The notes under the pieces are model-generated. The model was not told the origin of the DNA and did not search any database. It saw only the letters and a list, made by a program, of their open reading frames with translations. The translations under genes and the position numbers were made by a program. From positions 126,970 through 190,969 of the forward strand of contig CALOES010000016.1 of assembly GCA_942492405.1 (NCBI GenBank): a DNA stretch of 64,000 nt, written 5' to 3'. Below are positions 36,359-46,424 of the stretch, piece by piece; the stretch's first letter is position 1; the number at the start of each line of letters is the position of its first letter. Origin of the DNA: an uncultured Planctomycetaceae bacterium. GTDB lineage: Bacteria > Planctomycetota > Planctomycetia > Planctomycetales > Planctomycetaceae.

Positions 36359-36712
36359 CTAGATCTCGAAAAAAGTTCGCACGCCCTTGATCGCTCCGAC
36401 GATCATGAAAGCCAGGACGGCGAAACGAAGCACGATCAACCAGAAGTCGATCACTCTCTCCTTTGAGGCGTAGAACCACTTCAGAGCTGCGGGACGCCAC
36501 CAGACGAACACCAGAAGCGTCACGTAAAAGACGCCGATCGTTTTCACGGCGTACTCGACGATCCATTGAGTTGGCTGCTGATTGATGCGTTTCATTCCGA
36601 CCCACAGCAAGGGGCCGACGACCGCCCCGAACAACAATAGCTTGAACGTCAGCCAGAGCTTCTCCCAGAAACTCATCGGCGTGTTCAGTTCGTCGAGCGA
36701 ATGCCGTTGCAT
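36359..36712 (-). CDS. Small integral membrane protein (hypothetical)
   Basis: 117 aa with 3 predicted TM helices (LLLFGAVVGPLLWV, IGVFYVTLLVFVWW, FWLIVLRFAVLAFMIVGAI). Confidence 0.45.
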   Translation of the reverse strand: MQRHSLDELNTPMSFWEKLWLTFKLLLFGAVVGPLLWVGMKRINQQPTQWIVEYAVKTIGVFYVTLLVFVWWRPAALKWFYASKERVIDFWLIVLRFAVLAFMIVGAIKGVRTFFEI

Positions 36713-36889
36713 GATGGAAACGTCACCAGAATCAATCTCTCGCTACATTCCGACGATTCTACGACTCTCGACTCCCAAATGCCTGCTCCTTCGCCGCTCA
36801 CCTCACCTCTCCACCTTGAGATTTCCGGCCTGACTCTCCACACTTGGCATGGGCCTGGAATCACGCTTCTTGTTAAGGATGCTTCGCGA

Positions 36890-39646
36890 ATGGAACAGTC
36901 ACGAACTTTTCTGGTTTCGACTCTCGCCGCAGGGATTGCCATCATGCTTTCAGCGACCGCCAAGGCTGACCCCGAGTTCGTCACCTCTGTCGAGGGAATC
37001 ACCGAGTATCGGCTCGAAAACGGGCTGAAAATCCTCCTGTTTGAAGACCCGTCGAAGCCACAGGTCACGGTCAACCTCACTCTGTTCGTCGGCTCCCGCC
37101 ATGAAGGGTACGGCGAGGCTGGCATGGCCCACCTGTTGGAGCACATGCTTTTCAAGGGGACTCCCGACCATCCCAACATTCCGAAGTCTCTGCAGGACCA
37201 TGGGGCCGATTTTAATGGCACGACCTGGCTCGACCGCACCAATTACTACGAGACGCTGCCGGCCACCGACGAGAATCTCGAGTTCGCCATTCGTCTCGAA
37301 GCCGACCGGATGATTAACAGTCTGATTCGTGGCGAGGATCTCGCATCGGAGATGACGGTCGTCCGCAACGAATTCGAGCGCGGCGAGAACAGCCCGACGT
37401 CGATCCTCAATCAACGTATGATGGCCGCCGCCTATGAATGGCACAATTACGGCAAGTCAACGATTGGCAATCGAGCCGACATCGAGCGCGTGCCGGTGGC
37501 GAACCTGCGCGATTTCTATCGTCGATTCTATCAACCCGACAATGCGATGGTCGTGGTGTCGGGGATGTTCGAGACCGATCGGGCCTTGGAGCTGATTGAC
37601 CAATACTTCGGTCCCATCCCCGCACCGGAGCGGGAACTCCCGAGCACCTACACCGAGGAGCCTGCCCAGGATGGCGAACGCGAAGTGACCTTACGGCGGG
37701 TCGGCGATGTCGCCGTGGCTGGCGTCGTCTATCACATCTGCTCAGGAGCCCATCCCGACTACGCCTCGATGGATGTGTTGCAGCACATCCTCACAGGAAC
37801 GCCTTCCGGCAGACTGTACAAGTCGCTCGTGGAAACGCATCGTGCCGCCCGCGTTTCGGGAACAGCCTTCGCACTGCACGATCCCGGAGTGCTGCGAATC
37901 TATGCGGAAGTATCGCCTGGGAACGATCCTCAAGATGTGCTGACAAACATTCTCGAAGTGACCGAGTTGGTCTCGGAAGATGGCGTCACGCTCGAAGAAG
38001 TACAGCGTGCCCAGACCTACTGGCTGAGAACGTGGGAGCAGTCTCTTTCCGATAGTCAGCAATTGGCGATTCAATTGAGTGAATGGGCCTCGCAGGGTGA
38101 CTGGCGATTGTACTTCCTCTATCGCGATCGACTGGAACAGGTCACACCCGAAAGTGTGCAGGCCGTCGCCCAGACTTACCTGCGTCGCAACAACCGCACG
38201 GTGGGACTCTTCCTGCCGACGCAGCAGGCGGAACGAGTTTCCGTCCCCGCCACGCCCGAACTGGCTGAGATGATCGGCGAATACGAAGGCCGTGAACCTG
38301 TTCAGCAGGGCGAAGCATTTGACATCTCTCCCGAGAACATCGATGCCCGAACGACGTTCAAGCAGTTTGGCAATGTGCAAACGGCGTTGTTGCCCAAGCT
38401 CACGCGGTGGCGCAGCGTGCAGATTCGACTCACGTTGCGGTATGGCAGCCTCGAATCGCTGGAGAATCTCTCGACCGCTTGTACCCTGCTCCCGACGCTG
38501 ATGGCTCGCGGAACCGAGCAAATGACGCGGCAACAGTTGCAGGATGCCCTCGACATGTATCGCGCCCGTCTTACTCCTTCGTCGACCAACTCGGGCGAAG
38601 CGACGTTCTCGATCGAGACGCGCAGAGAATATCTCCCCGAAGTGCTGGAGATTCTGAGGCAGGTATTGAGGGAGCCTTCGTTCCCGAATTCAGAGATGGA
38701 AACGATTCGCAACCAACGGCTGACGTCGCTGACGCAGGATCTCACCGACCCCACCGCCCGCGCACGAGCGGCTCTCAATCAAATGCTCAGCGACTATCAA
38801 CTCGGCGACCCGCGCTACACGCCCGACATCGAAGAAGAAATCGAACTCTGGAGGAGCGTCACTCGCGAAGACGTTATCAAACTCCATTCCGAATACCTCG
38901 GAGCACAGGGGCAGTTGTCGATCGTCGGCGACTTCGACATTGCCGAGTTGTCTCCGATCCTGGACGACATGTTCAGCGATTGGACCGCCGCGGTCCCCTA
39001 CGAACGCATCCCGCGTCCGGGAGATGTGCAGGTCGAGATCGCCCGAACGCAGATCGATATTCCCGACAAAGAGAACGCCACGTACTTCGCGGGGATGGTC
39101 ATCCCCATCAGCGATACGCATCCCGATTATCCTGCCGTGCTGATCGGCAACTGGATTCTCGGCAGCAGCGGCTTGTCCTCCCGTCTAGGAGATCGAGTAC
39201 GTCAGCAGGAAGGACTCTCTTACGGCGTCGGTTCGATTCTGCAGGCCAGTTCCATCGACGATCGCACAGTGTTTGCGATGTACGCGATCGCCAATCCGCA
39301 GAACATGCCGCGAGCCGAGACGGCCATTCACGAAGAAGTCGTCCGCTGGATCGAGGAGGGAGTGACCTCGTCCGAACTCGCGGCTGCCCAGATCGGCTAC
39401 ATCGAGTCAGAGAAGATCGAACGATCTGACGATTCGCAACTCGCCAGTGATCTGAACGCCGCCATGTACGCGGGACGCACAATGCAGCACGATGCCCAAC
39501 TGGAACAGGCCATCATGCTCCTCACTCCCGGCGACGTTGTCGAAGTCTTGCAGCGTCACATCGATGCCGACGACATCGGCGTCATCGTCTCGGGGGACTT
39601 CAGCAAGGTGACTCCCCCGGCGGAAACTCCCAGTGAAGGACAATAG
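36890..39646 (+). CDS. Secreted two-module M16 (pitrilysin/insulinase) family zinc peptidase
   Basis: Start at MEQSRTFLVSTLAAGIAIMLSATAKA (signal), preceded by aaggat. Inverted zinc motif HLLEHMLFKGT with downstream E (EFE). Second, inactive M16 repeat in the C-terminal half. About 918 aa. Confidence 0.85.
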   Translation: MEQSRTFLVSTLAAGIAIMLSATAKADPEFVTSVEGITEYRLENGLKILLFEDPSKPQVTVNLTLFVGSRHEGYGEAGMAHLLEHMLFKGTPDHPNIPKSLQDHGADFNGTTWLDRTNYYETLPATDENLEFAIRLEADRMINSLIRGEDLASEMTVVRNEFERGENSPTSILNQRMMAAAYEWHNYGKSTIGNRADIERVPVANLRDFYRRFYQPDNAMVVVSGMFETDRALELIDQYFGPIPAPERELPSTYTEEPAQDGEREVTLRRVGDVAVAGVVYHICSGAHPDYASMDVLQHILTGTPSGRLYKSLVETHRAARVSGTAFALHDPGVLRIYAEVSPGNDPQDVLTNILEVTELVSEDGVTLEEVQRAQTYWLRTWEQSLSDSQQLAIQLSEWASQGDWRLYFLYRDRLEQVTPESVQAVAQTYLRRNNRTVGLFLPTQQAERVSVPATPELAEMIGEYEGREPVQQGEAFDISPENIDARTTFKQFGNVQTALLPKLTRWRSVQIRLTLRYGSLESLENLSTACTLLPTLMARGTEQMTRQQLQDALDMYRARLTPSSTNSGEATFSIETRREYLPEVLEILRQVLREPSFPNSEMETIRNQRLTSLTQDLTDPTARARAALNQMLSDYQLGDPRYTPDIEEEIELWRSVTREDVIKLHSEYLGAQGQLSIVGDFDIAELSPILDDMFSDWTAAVPYERIPRPGDVQVEIARTQIDIPDKENATYFAGMVIPISDTHPDYPAVLIGNWILGSSGLSSRLGDRVRQQEGLSYGVGSILQASSIDDRTVFAMYAIANPQNMPRAETAIHEEVVRWIEEGVTSSELAAAQIGYIESEKIERSDDSQLASDLNAAMYAGRTMQHDAQLEQAIMLLTPGDVVEVLQRHIDADDIGVIVSGDFSKVTPPAETPSEGQ

Positions 39647-39652
39647 GCTCGA

Positions 39653-41023
39653 GTGGTTGAAGTGACTTTGAACATCGCCACCATCGACTGCTCTCAAGGG
39701 GACGCACAGCGGCTGTTTGCCGAGCTGCGCGACAAACTCAGCCCGCGCGGAGATGTCGTATCGGAAGCAGGCAGGCAGCGAACGATCGAACTCTTCGGTC
39801 AGCCCCTCTCGCCTCAGCAAGTGGTGGAGCGTATTTGCGAAGACGTAAGGACGCGCGGCATCGATGCTGTCTTGGAGTACACCTCGAAGCTTGATCGCAA
39901 GTCGCTGACGCCCGAGACAATGAAAGTGAGTGTCGCCGAGCTGTCGACGGCACATGCCAAGGCTGATCCTGAATTCCTCAAAACGATCCAGGAGATCAAG
40001 GGCAACATCGCCGAGTTTCAGTCGGCGGTGTTGCCACAGGATTCCGAGATCGTTCGCCCGCGTGGCGGCGGGACCGTCACGCTCAGGCAGCGTCACCTGC
40101 CGCTCAAGCGTGTGGGCGTCTGCATTCCGGGTGGAGCCGCCGCCTATCCTTCGACGCTGTTGATGACCGTCGTTCCGGCGCGTACGGCCGGCGTCAAACA
40201 GATCGCCGTCGTCGTCCCCCCGACCGACTTCGGCGGTTACAACGTCGACATTCTCGCGACGTGCCACGAACTCGGCGTGACCGAGGTCTACCGCATCGGT
40301 GGCGCTCAGGCAGTCGCCGCCCTTGCGTATGGCATCGAAGGTATTGACAAGGTCGACAAGATCGTCGGTCCGGGGAACCTGTTTGTCGCACTCGCCAAGC
40401 AGTACGTCTTCGGTGAAGTCGACATCGACAGCATCGCGGGTCCGAGTGAAGTGATCGTGCTCGCCGACGAGACGGCTCATGCCGCGTTCGTGGCAGCCGA
40501 TCTCATCTCGCAGGCCGAACACAGTCCCGGCTCGGGGGTGCTCATCACCTGGCATCCACCACTCATCGATCAGGTGAAGCAGGAACTCGACAAACAACTC
40601 GCCACTTTGGAACGCGGCGACCTCGCCCGGAAGTGTCTTGAGGACTATGGAGCCCTCATCCTTGCCCGCGATGCCGACGAAGCCGCCCTGCTGACGAATC
40701 TGCTGGCGACCGAGCATCTCCACATCTCGATGGACCAGCCCGACGAAATGCTCTCGCGCGTGCAGAACGCCGGCGCGATTTTTGTCGGCCACTACACTCC
40801 CGTCGCGTTGGGCGACTACGTCGCCGGCCCCTCTCACGTCCTCCCCACGGGCGGCACGGCCCGGTTCGCCAACGGCCTGTGTGCCACCGACTTCCTCAAG
40901 CGGTCGTCGATCATCCAGTACGACCAGCAAGCGCTTGCCGCCGACGCTCCTGCGGTCAAAACGCTGGCCGACAAAGAGGGCCTCACCGCCCACAAGGCGA
41001 GCGTCGAGATTCGCCTGCCGTGA
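39653..41023 (+). CDS. hisD: Histidinol dehydrogenase
   Basis: 456 aa. ...VCIPGGAAAYPSTLLM..., ...IDSIAGPSEVIVLAD..., ...AEHSPGSG..., GDYVAGPSHVLPT: HisD signatures. GTG start 6 nt after the M16 stop. Confidence 0.9.
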   Translation: MVEVTLNIATIDCSQGDAQRLFAELRDKLSPRGDVVSEAGRQRTIELFGQPLSPQQVVERICEDVRTRGIDAVLEYTSKLDRKSLTPETMKVSVAELSTAHAKADPEFLKTIQEIKGNIAEFQSAVLPQDSEIVRPRGGGTVTLRQRHLPLKRVGVCIPGGAAAYPSTLLMTVVPARTAGVKQIAVVVPPTDFGGYNVDILATCHELGVTEVYRIGGAQAVAALAYGIEGIDKVDKIVGPGNLFVALAKQYVFGEVDIDSIAGPSEVIVLADETAHAAFVAADLISQAEHSPGSGVLITWHPPLIDQVKQELDKQLATLERGDLARKCLEDYGALILARDADEAALLTNLLATEHLHISMDQPDEMLSRVQNAGAIFVGHYTPVALGDYVAGPSHVLPTGGTARFANGLCATDFLKRSSIIQYDQQALAADAPAVKTLADKEGLTAHKASVEIRLP

Positions 41024-41150
41024 AGCGCGGAACCAACGCCCGTTTCCGAAATGGCACCGTGGACGTTCCATTTAGATCAACTAAGTCGCGTATATCACAA
41101 GGGGCATGATTGTCGCGGATGTGTGTCTGCGGAAGCCAGCGGGCGCGGCG

Positions 41151-42158
41151 TCAGTTGACAGCCGGTCCTTCGGCGCGACGGTTGGTCCGGAGCGCGTTGG
41201 GGAAGAGGTCTTCGCCGAAGAGCGTTGGCATCGGTGGCATGGGCATGGGAATCGGCGCGGGCGCGATCACTGTCGGAGTGATGGCCGTCGGCGTCGTTGC
41301 CGACGGTGGCTGGTTGGTTTCGAGGTGGGCCAGCGCTCGTAACTGTGAGCGGGATTCATCACTCACACCTTCCACCTGCGTCGAGAGCGAATGGACCCAT
41401 TCGGGTCGGCGGGTCATGCCGACATCCATCAGCCTTACGAAGAGAGTGATCTCTTCGAAGTTCTGGTCGCAGATGCGGTTGCTGACCGGCGAGATCATGC
41501 GGGCGATCGTTTCGACGGTCGTGGACGGAAACTTGACGAACATGTCGGCATGATGCGTCAACCAGGTCTTGCCGGAGCTGTCGCGTTGGAAGTGCGTCAC
41601 CAAATGGAACAAAGCTTGTGCACTGATCGTGCGATTGGTGACGGGGTTGAGAAACTCACCCGAGCAGAGCATCAGCAAGTTGTTCGACGAGCGCAGCAGG
41701 ACTTGGATAGTGCCGTGCGTGCCATCGCCGGTGGCCATCTCATATGAGTAAGGCGACCGCTGGATTAGGTTCATGTTCGAGATCCCCATGGCGTGCCAGA
41801 TGCCGACGGCCATGTCGGGGTTCGAGCGAAAGTAGCTGTAGACTTCGGGCGTCATTTCGCAGCGAACGGTGGGCAGTCTGCGAAAGATGGCGATGTCGTC
41901 GAGGATTTCGTCGGCCGCCTCGCGGCTGGCGGGACGCAGATTGCCGAGCGGCAAGGCGTCGATGGCGGCGTCGCGAATCTGGCGAGACGACGTCCCTTCC
42001 GACAGTGTCTGCAGTTGCAGCAGACTCTGGATCTCGGCCGCCTGCTGCTCTAGCGTCGTTTGTTGTGCGTGGCAGGTCGATGGCAGATCTCCCTGAGAGA
42101 TCGCCAGACTGCAAAGGATCAATGCGCACCTGTAGCGCTGGGTGTTTCGCACGCCCAT
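41151..42158 (-). CDS. Secreted hypothetical protein (Pro-rich C-terminus)
   Basis: Start at MGVRNTQRYRCALILCSLAISQG (signal), preceded by a tandem ATCGGGGGAG x2 (SD-like). About 335 aa. No recognised motif. Confidence 0.5.
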   Translation of the reverse strand: MGVRNTQRYRCALILCSLAISQGDLPSTCHAQQTTLEQQAAEIQSLLQLQTLSEGTSSRQIRDAAIDALPLGNLRPASREAADEILDDIAIFRRLPTVRCEMTPEVYSYFRSNPDMAVGIWHAMGISNMNLIQRSPYSYEMATGDGTHGTIQVLLRSSNNLLMLCSGEFLNPVTNRTISAQALFHLVTHFQRDSSGKTWLTHHADMFVKFPSTTVETIARMISPVSNRICDQNFEEITLFVRLMDVGMTRRPEWVHSLSTQVEGVSDESRSQLRALAHLETNQPPSATTPTAITPTVIAPAPIPMPMPPMPTLFGEDLFPNALRTNRRAEGPAVN

Positions 42159-42311
42159 CTCCCCCGATACTCCCCCGATGAATGCGAGCGAACTCGCTTC
42201 CCCCCACATTGGCCGTCCGCGGTGGTGCCGCAAAGACCGCCTAATCGTTATCATCGACACCGTGGAGAGAGGTTCCCCAATCGAATCTTTGTGATTCGGG
42301 AGACCATCGAA

Positions 42312-44945
42312 ATGGGAGTCTGGATAAGGCAACAAATGCCGATCGCGCGATTGCTACCACAGTCGATTCCCCTGGCCTGCGCCTTGGTTGCGTTGACGGT
42401 CGGGGCGATGGCCCGTTCGGCTGACGACATCGAAGAGGCACGCGGCCTGTTCCTTTCGGGTGAGTACGCCGAGTGCGCGACCTATGCCGAGACAGCCATC
42501 GCCGGCGGAGCCTACGGCGAGGCGTGGTACCACCTTCAGGCGGAATCGCTATGGACACTGGGCCGTTACGACGAATCGCTGGCGACGATTCAGGCAGGAC
42601 TGGAAAAATACACCTGGAGCATTCGACTGCGTTGGCTGGGTCAAGTGGTGGCGAAGTTCGCGGGTCAGGAGGATCTGGCTCTCGGATACTACGACGACAT
42701 TTCACGGCTCGCTCAGGCGTACCCGTGGAGGTACACCGATGCCGACAACCTCGTCGTGCTGGGACACCTGGCACTTTCGCTCGGAGGGGACGCCCGCGAT
42801 GTGCAGGATTCGTTCTTTATGCGAGCCCGGCGCAACAATCCCAACCATCGCGAACCACGGCTCGCGCTGGGTGAACTAGCCCTCGACAAACACGACCTGA
42901 CTCTGGCGGAAGAGATCTTTCGCGAGGGAGTCGAGATTCATCCGACCGACCCCGATCTCCACTTCGGACTTGGTCGGTCGCTGCTGCAAAGTAATCTGGC
43001 GGAGGCAGCCGAGCAATTTGCGAAGACGTTGGAACTCAACCCGAGACATCTTCCAACGTGGTTGCTGAAGGCCGACCGTGCGATCGATGCCGAAGACTAC
43101 GAGACCGCCGAAGAGTCGATTGCGGAGGTACTGTCGATCAACCCGCAGCATGCCGAGGCGTTGGCGTATCAGGCGGCGCTGGCATTCATTCGTAACGACG
43201 AAGAGACGGCCCACTCGCTGCGAAACGACGCACTGGCCCACTGGGAAGAGAATCCCGAGGTGGACTACATCATCGGTCGTGAGCTGTCGCAGAAGTATCG
43301 CTTTGCCGAGGGAGCAGAGCATCAACGGCTGTCGCTCGAGTTTGATCCAACCTATCTCGACGCTCACAAACAACTGGCCGAGGATCTGTTGCGGCTAGGT
43401 GAGGAGGAGGAAGGCTGGCAACTGGTCGAGTCTGCCTTCGCCGAGGATGCCTACGACGTTCCGCTTTTCAATCTGGTCCAGCTTCGCGACGACCTGGAGC
43501 GGTTTACGACGATCGAGGATGAACACTTTCTGCTGCGCATGGAGTCGCGTGAGGCGGCAATCTATGGCCAGTCGGTGCTCGATTTGCTGAACGCCGCCCG
43601 GCAAACTCTGGGCGACAAATATGGCTGGCAACCTGAACAGCCCGTCATCGTTGAGATCTTCCCAGACTCCGATGATTTCGCCGTCCGCACGTTCGGACTC
43701 CCTGGGGCGGGGGGATACCTCGGCGTCTGTTTTGGGCGAGTCATCACGGCGCAGAGTCCGGCGACACTTACCATGCAGGGGACGAACTGGCAGTCGGTCT
43801 TGTGGCATGAATACGCCCATGTCGTGACGCTCAATATCACGCGCCATCGCATGCCGCGCTGGCTCAGTGAGGGGATTTCGGTTCACGAAGAACGGCAACG
43901 TCATCCGGGATGCGGAGAGCGGATGAATCGCCAATACCGTGAACTCATTCTCGGCGGCCAGTTGACGCCGATTGGAGACTTGAGCGAAGCATTCCTCAGC
44001 CCCGAAAGCGCGGTCCATCTGCAGTTCGCGTATTACGAATCGAGTCTCGTCGTCGATTACGTCATCGACACCTACGGCATCGAGACACTGCATCAGATCT
44101 TGAAAGATCTGGGCGAAGGCGTGTTTATCAACGACAGTCTCGAGTTGCAGTTGGGGCCATTGGAGTTTGTGGAAGGAGAGTTTCGCGACTACGTGATGGC
44201 TCAAACCTTCAGCTATGCCCCATTGGTCGACTGGAGCACGCCGCCGTTACTGGCAACGTCGACGCTCGACGAATGGGTAACTTGGCAACGCAGCCATCCG
44301 TTCAATCTCGAAGGAGCCTTGCAGACGGCTGAAATGCTGATGAACGCGGGTCGTCTCGAAGAGGCTGCCGACATTCTGGAGCAAGTTCACCAAGTGAGCA
44401 GCGACGTGTGCGGCCGCGACGCCCCTGCCATCAAGCTCTCCGAGGTTTATCGATTGATGGACGACACCGAGCGCGAACGCGAAGTTCTCGCCGACTACGC
44501 CGTGCGAGACGGATCGGCATTAGCGGTCTATCGTCGCATGGCGGAAATCGATTCTGCTCGCGACAACTGGGAAGCCGTCCTGGACGATTCACGTCGGGCA
44601 CTGGCGGTCAACCCGTTGGATGCCGCCACGCATCGCGCCGCTGCCCGATCCGCCGAGCAATTGGAGTTGTGGAATGAATCGTCGATCTCGTACGCCGCTC
44701 TCGTCGAACTCGACCCCACCGACCCAGCCGAGTGGTATTACCGATTGGCGCGCTGCTATTGGGAGCAAGGGCAATCGGAACAGGCACGTCGGCAGGTTCT
44801 CAAGTCGCTCGAAATCGCCCCGCGGTTTCGCAATGCACAACAGCTCCTGTTGGCGATTCATCGGAAGCCCGTGGAGCCGGAAAGTGACCCCATCCCCCCT
44901 CCTCCCCCGCTTCCGGAGGTTTTCCAAACTCCCGCTTCACCTTAG
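42312..44945 (+). CDS. Secreted TPR-repeat protein with embedded HExxH zinc-peptidase-like (peptidase-MA-like) module
   Basis: Start at MGVWIRQQMPIARLLPQSIPLACALVALTVGAMA. N-terminal and C-terminal TPR repeats. Central VLWHEYAHVVTLNITRHRMPRWLSEGISVHEE (HExxH plus downstream E). Confidence 0.7.
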   Translation: MGVWIRQQMPIARLLPQSIPLACALVALTVGAMARSADDIEEARGLFLSGEYAECATYAETAIAGGAYGEAWYHLQAESLWTLGRYDESLATIQAGLEKYTWSIRLRWLGQVVAKFAGQEDLALGYYDDISRLAQAYPWRYTDADNLVVLGHLALSLGGDARDVQDSFFMRARRNNPNHREPRLALGELALDKHDLTLAEEIFREGVEIHPTDPDLHFGLGRSLLQSNLAEAAEQFAKTLELNPRHLPTWLLKADRAIDAEDYETAEESIAEVLSINPQHAEALAYQAALAFIRNDEETAHSLRNDALAHWEENPEVDYIIGRELSQKYRFAEGAEHQRLSLEFDPTYLDAHKQLAEDLLRLGEEEEGWQLVESAFAEDAYDVPLFNLVQLRDDLERFTTIEDEHFLLRMESREAAIYGQSVLDLLNAARQTLGDKYGWQPEQPVIVEIFPDSDDFAVRTFGLPGAGGYLGVCFGRVITAQSPATLTMQGTNWQSVLWHEYAHVVTLNITRHRMPRWLSEGISVHEERQRHPGCGERMNRQYRELILGGQLTPIGDLSEAFLSPESAVHLQFAYYESSLVVDYVIDTYGIETLHQILKDLGEGVFINDSLELQLGPLEFVEGEFRDYVMAQTFSYAPLVDWSTPPLLATSTLDEWVTWQRSHPFNLEGALQTAEMLMNAGRLEEAADILEQVHQVSSDVCGRDAPAIKLSEVYRLMDDTEREREVLADYAVRDGSALAVYRRMAEIDSARDNWEAVLDDSRRALAVNPLDAATHRAAARSAEQLELWNESSISYAALVELDPTDPAEWYYRLARCYWEQGQSEQARRQVLKSLEIAPRFRNAQQLLLAIHRKPVEPESDPIPPPPPLPEVFQTPASP

Positions 44946-45077
44946 AAAACCAAGTGCAGGCCACGGATTCGACGGTTGGGGCATGACAATGGAGAGTAAG
45001 TCGGGGTACAATTCGGCACCTCGATTCCGAGGATTGTGCGATTCCGCGCAGAGTTCATTTCACGAATGAGGCTGATC

Positions 45078-45608
45078 ATGTCCGACAGTTTTCTGGACGA
45101 AGAAGCAAGGATCGCGAACGAGCAGGATGAATTCGACCTTCTCGACGGACACGCTCTCAGGCGTCCGCTGCGAGACCTTCCAGAGCTACAGCCGATCGTC
45201 AAACTCAGCCCGCATGCGAGTGTCCGCTCGGCCATCGACGGCATGGTCGACCACGGCGTGGGAATTGTGCTCGTCGTCGAGAATCGCAAACTGTTGGGAG
45301 TCTTCAGCGAACGGGACGTGCTTAGAAAAGTGGCTGCCAGCGGCCTCGACATCGACTCGACGCTTGTCAGCGATGTGATGACCGAACGCCCCGCCACGCT
45401 CGATTTCGACGCCGAACTCGTCTACGCCCTGAACAAGATGACGGTCGGCGGTTATCGCCATCTGCCGCTCTTGAGGAACGGCGAGCCGGTGGCCGTAGTT
45501 TCGATGCGCGACATCGTGGGCTATATCGTCTCGCTCCATCAGGATTACGTCCTCAAATCGGGGGACGATCCGAGTCGAACGCACACGCAGGATCGCGAAG
45601 GGGCATGA
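45078..45608 (+). CDS. CBS-pair domain protein
   Basis: Start at MSDSFLDEE. Two CBS motifs (VRSAIDGMVDHGVGIVLVVENRKLLGVFSERDVLRKV; LVYALNKMTVGGYRHLPLLRNGEPVAVVSMRDIVGYI). Confidence 0.75.
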   Translation: MSDSFLDEEARIANEQDEFDLLDGHALRRPLRDLPELQPIVKLSPHASVRSAIDGMVDHGVGIVLVVENRKLLGVFSERDVLRKVAASGLDIDSTLVSDVMTERPATLDFDAELVYALNKMTVGGYRHLPLLRNGEPVAVVSMRDIVGYIVSLHQDYVLKSGDDPSRTHTQDREGA

Positions 45609-45696
45609 ACGCGTCGCGATAGTCGTAAGACCTTTGAACATCCGTCGCGGTGGAACTCCTGCGAGTTCCGCAACACGAATCGAATAGAGACTGGCT

Positions 45697-45990
45697 TTAC
45701 CAGTCCTTCTCGCCATCACCGAGTTGAGCCTGCAGAGCGTCTCGCTCCTTGCGGGTGGCATCGAGATCGAAGATCAAGTACTTGACATCCAGCTTCAATT
45801 GCGCCAACGCTTCTTGCACCAAGGAAAGGATGCGACGTCGACGAGCGACGGCTTCCAGGGCTTGCCGGTACGCGTCAGTCAGTTGTGCCGCGTAAGGTCC
45901 AGGCAAACTCGCAATCTGGCGGCCGAGTTCGACGAATTCCTTGGGCAGGTCGTCGGTTTCCGGCAGTGGTGTGTGAGGAAAGTTCGCCAT
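45697..45990 (-). CDS. Hypothetical small protein
   Basis: 97-aa ORF with a plausible helical sequence. No motif. Confidence 0.35.
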   Translation of the reverse strand: MANFPHTPLPETDDLPKEFVELGRQIASLPGPYAAQLTDAYRQALEAVARRRRILSLVQEALAQLKLDVKYLIFDLDATRKERDALQAQLGDGEKDW

Positions 45991-46098
45991 GAGACACCGA
46001 GTTCATCGAATTAGGGAACATTGGTCACTCCCTTGACCTTGAATGCCGTGCAAGAAACCTCATACATCGGTTGAAACGACGACAGCGATTGTGTGGAG

Positions 46099-46120
46099 CG
46101 TGTTGACGAAAATCAACACG
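46099..46120. promoter_or_regulatory. Perfect 8-bp inverted repeat with 6-bp spacer (CGTGTTGA-cgaaaa-TCAACACG), candidate operator
   Basis: Lies in the 430-bp divergent intergenic region between 45990 (- strand gene) and 46425 (+ strand metalloprotease). Confidence 0.3.
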
Positions 46121-46424
46121 TCGAAACGAGAATTGAACCGGAATCTCGACAACGACCGCGATTCTTGCGGAGTTTTCTGAGGTCGCGAGCCAGGTGCACT
46201 GGGCAATTCGGGCCATTGTCACGAAACTTGGAGGCGGAATCTGTTGGTGCCAGATTGCCAATTGCGTAGAATTTATCGATTACGTGGATTGGGTGAGATC
46301 TTTCCATTCGCGTTGGCGACGGTATTCCAGAGTCAACCGCGGTTGAATGGGAGCCGCCGGTAGGATGAACGGCAGCGCGGCGATCTCACCACACGCCTTT
46401 GGTCAGTTATTACTGGAGTCTTGA

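Noticed and set aside
38407-39429. 340-aa + strand alternative-frame ORF inside the M16 peptidase gene
   Set aside because: Same strand, different frame. Arg-rich translation. The M16 frame carries the HxxEH motif.
39407-41071. 554-aa - strand ORF
   Set aside because: Antisense to hisD, which shows unambiguous HisD signatures.
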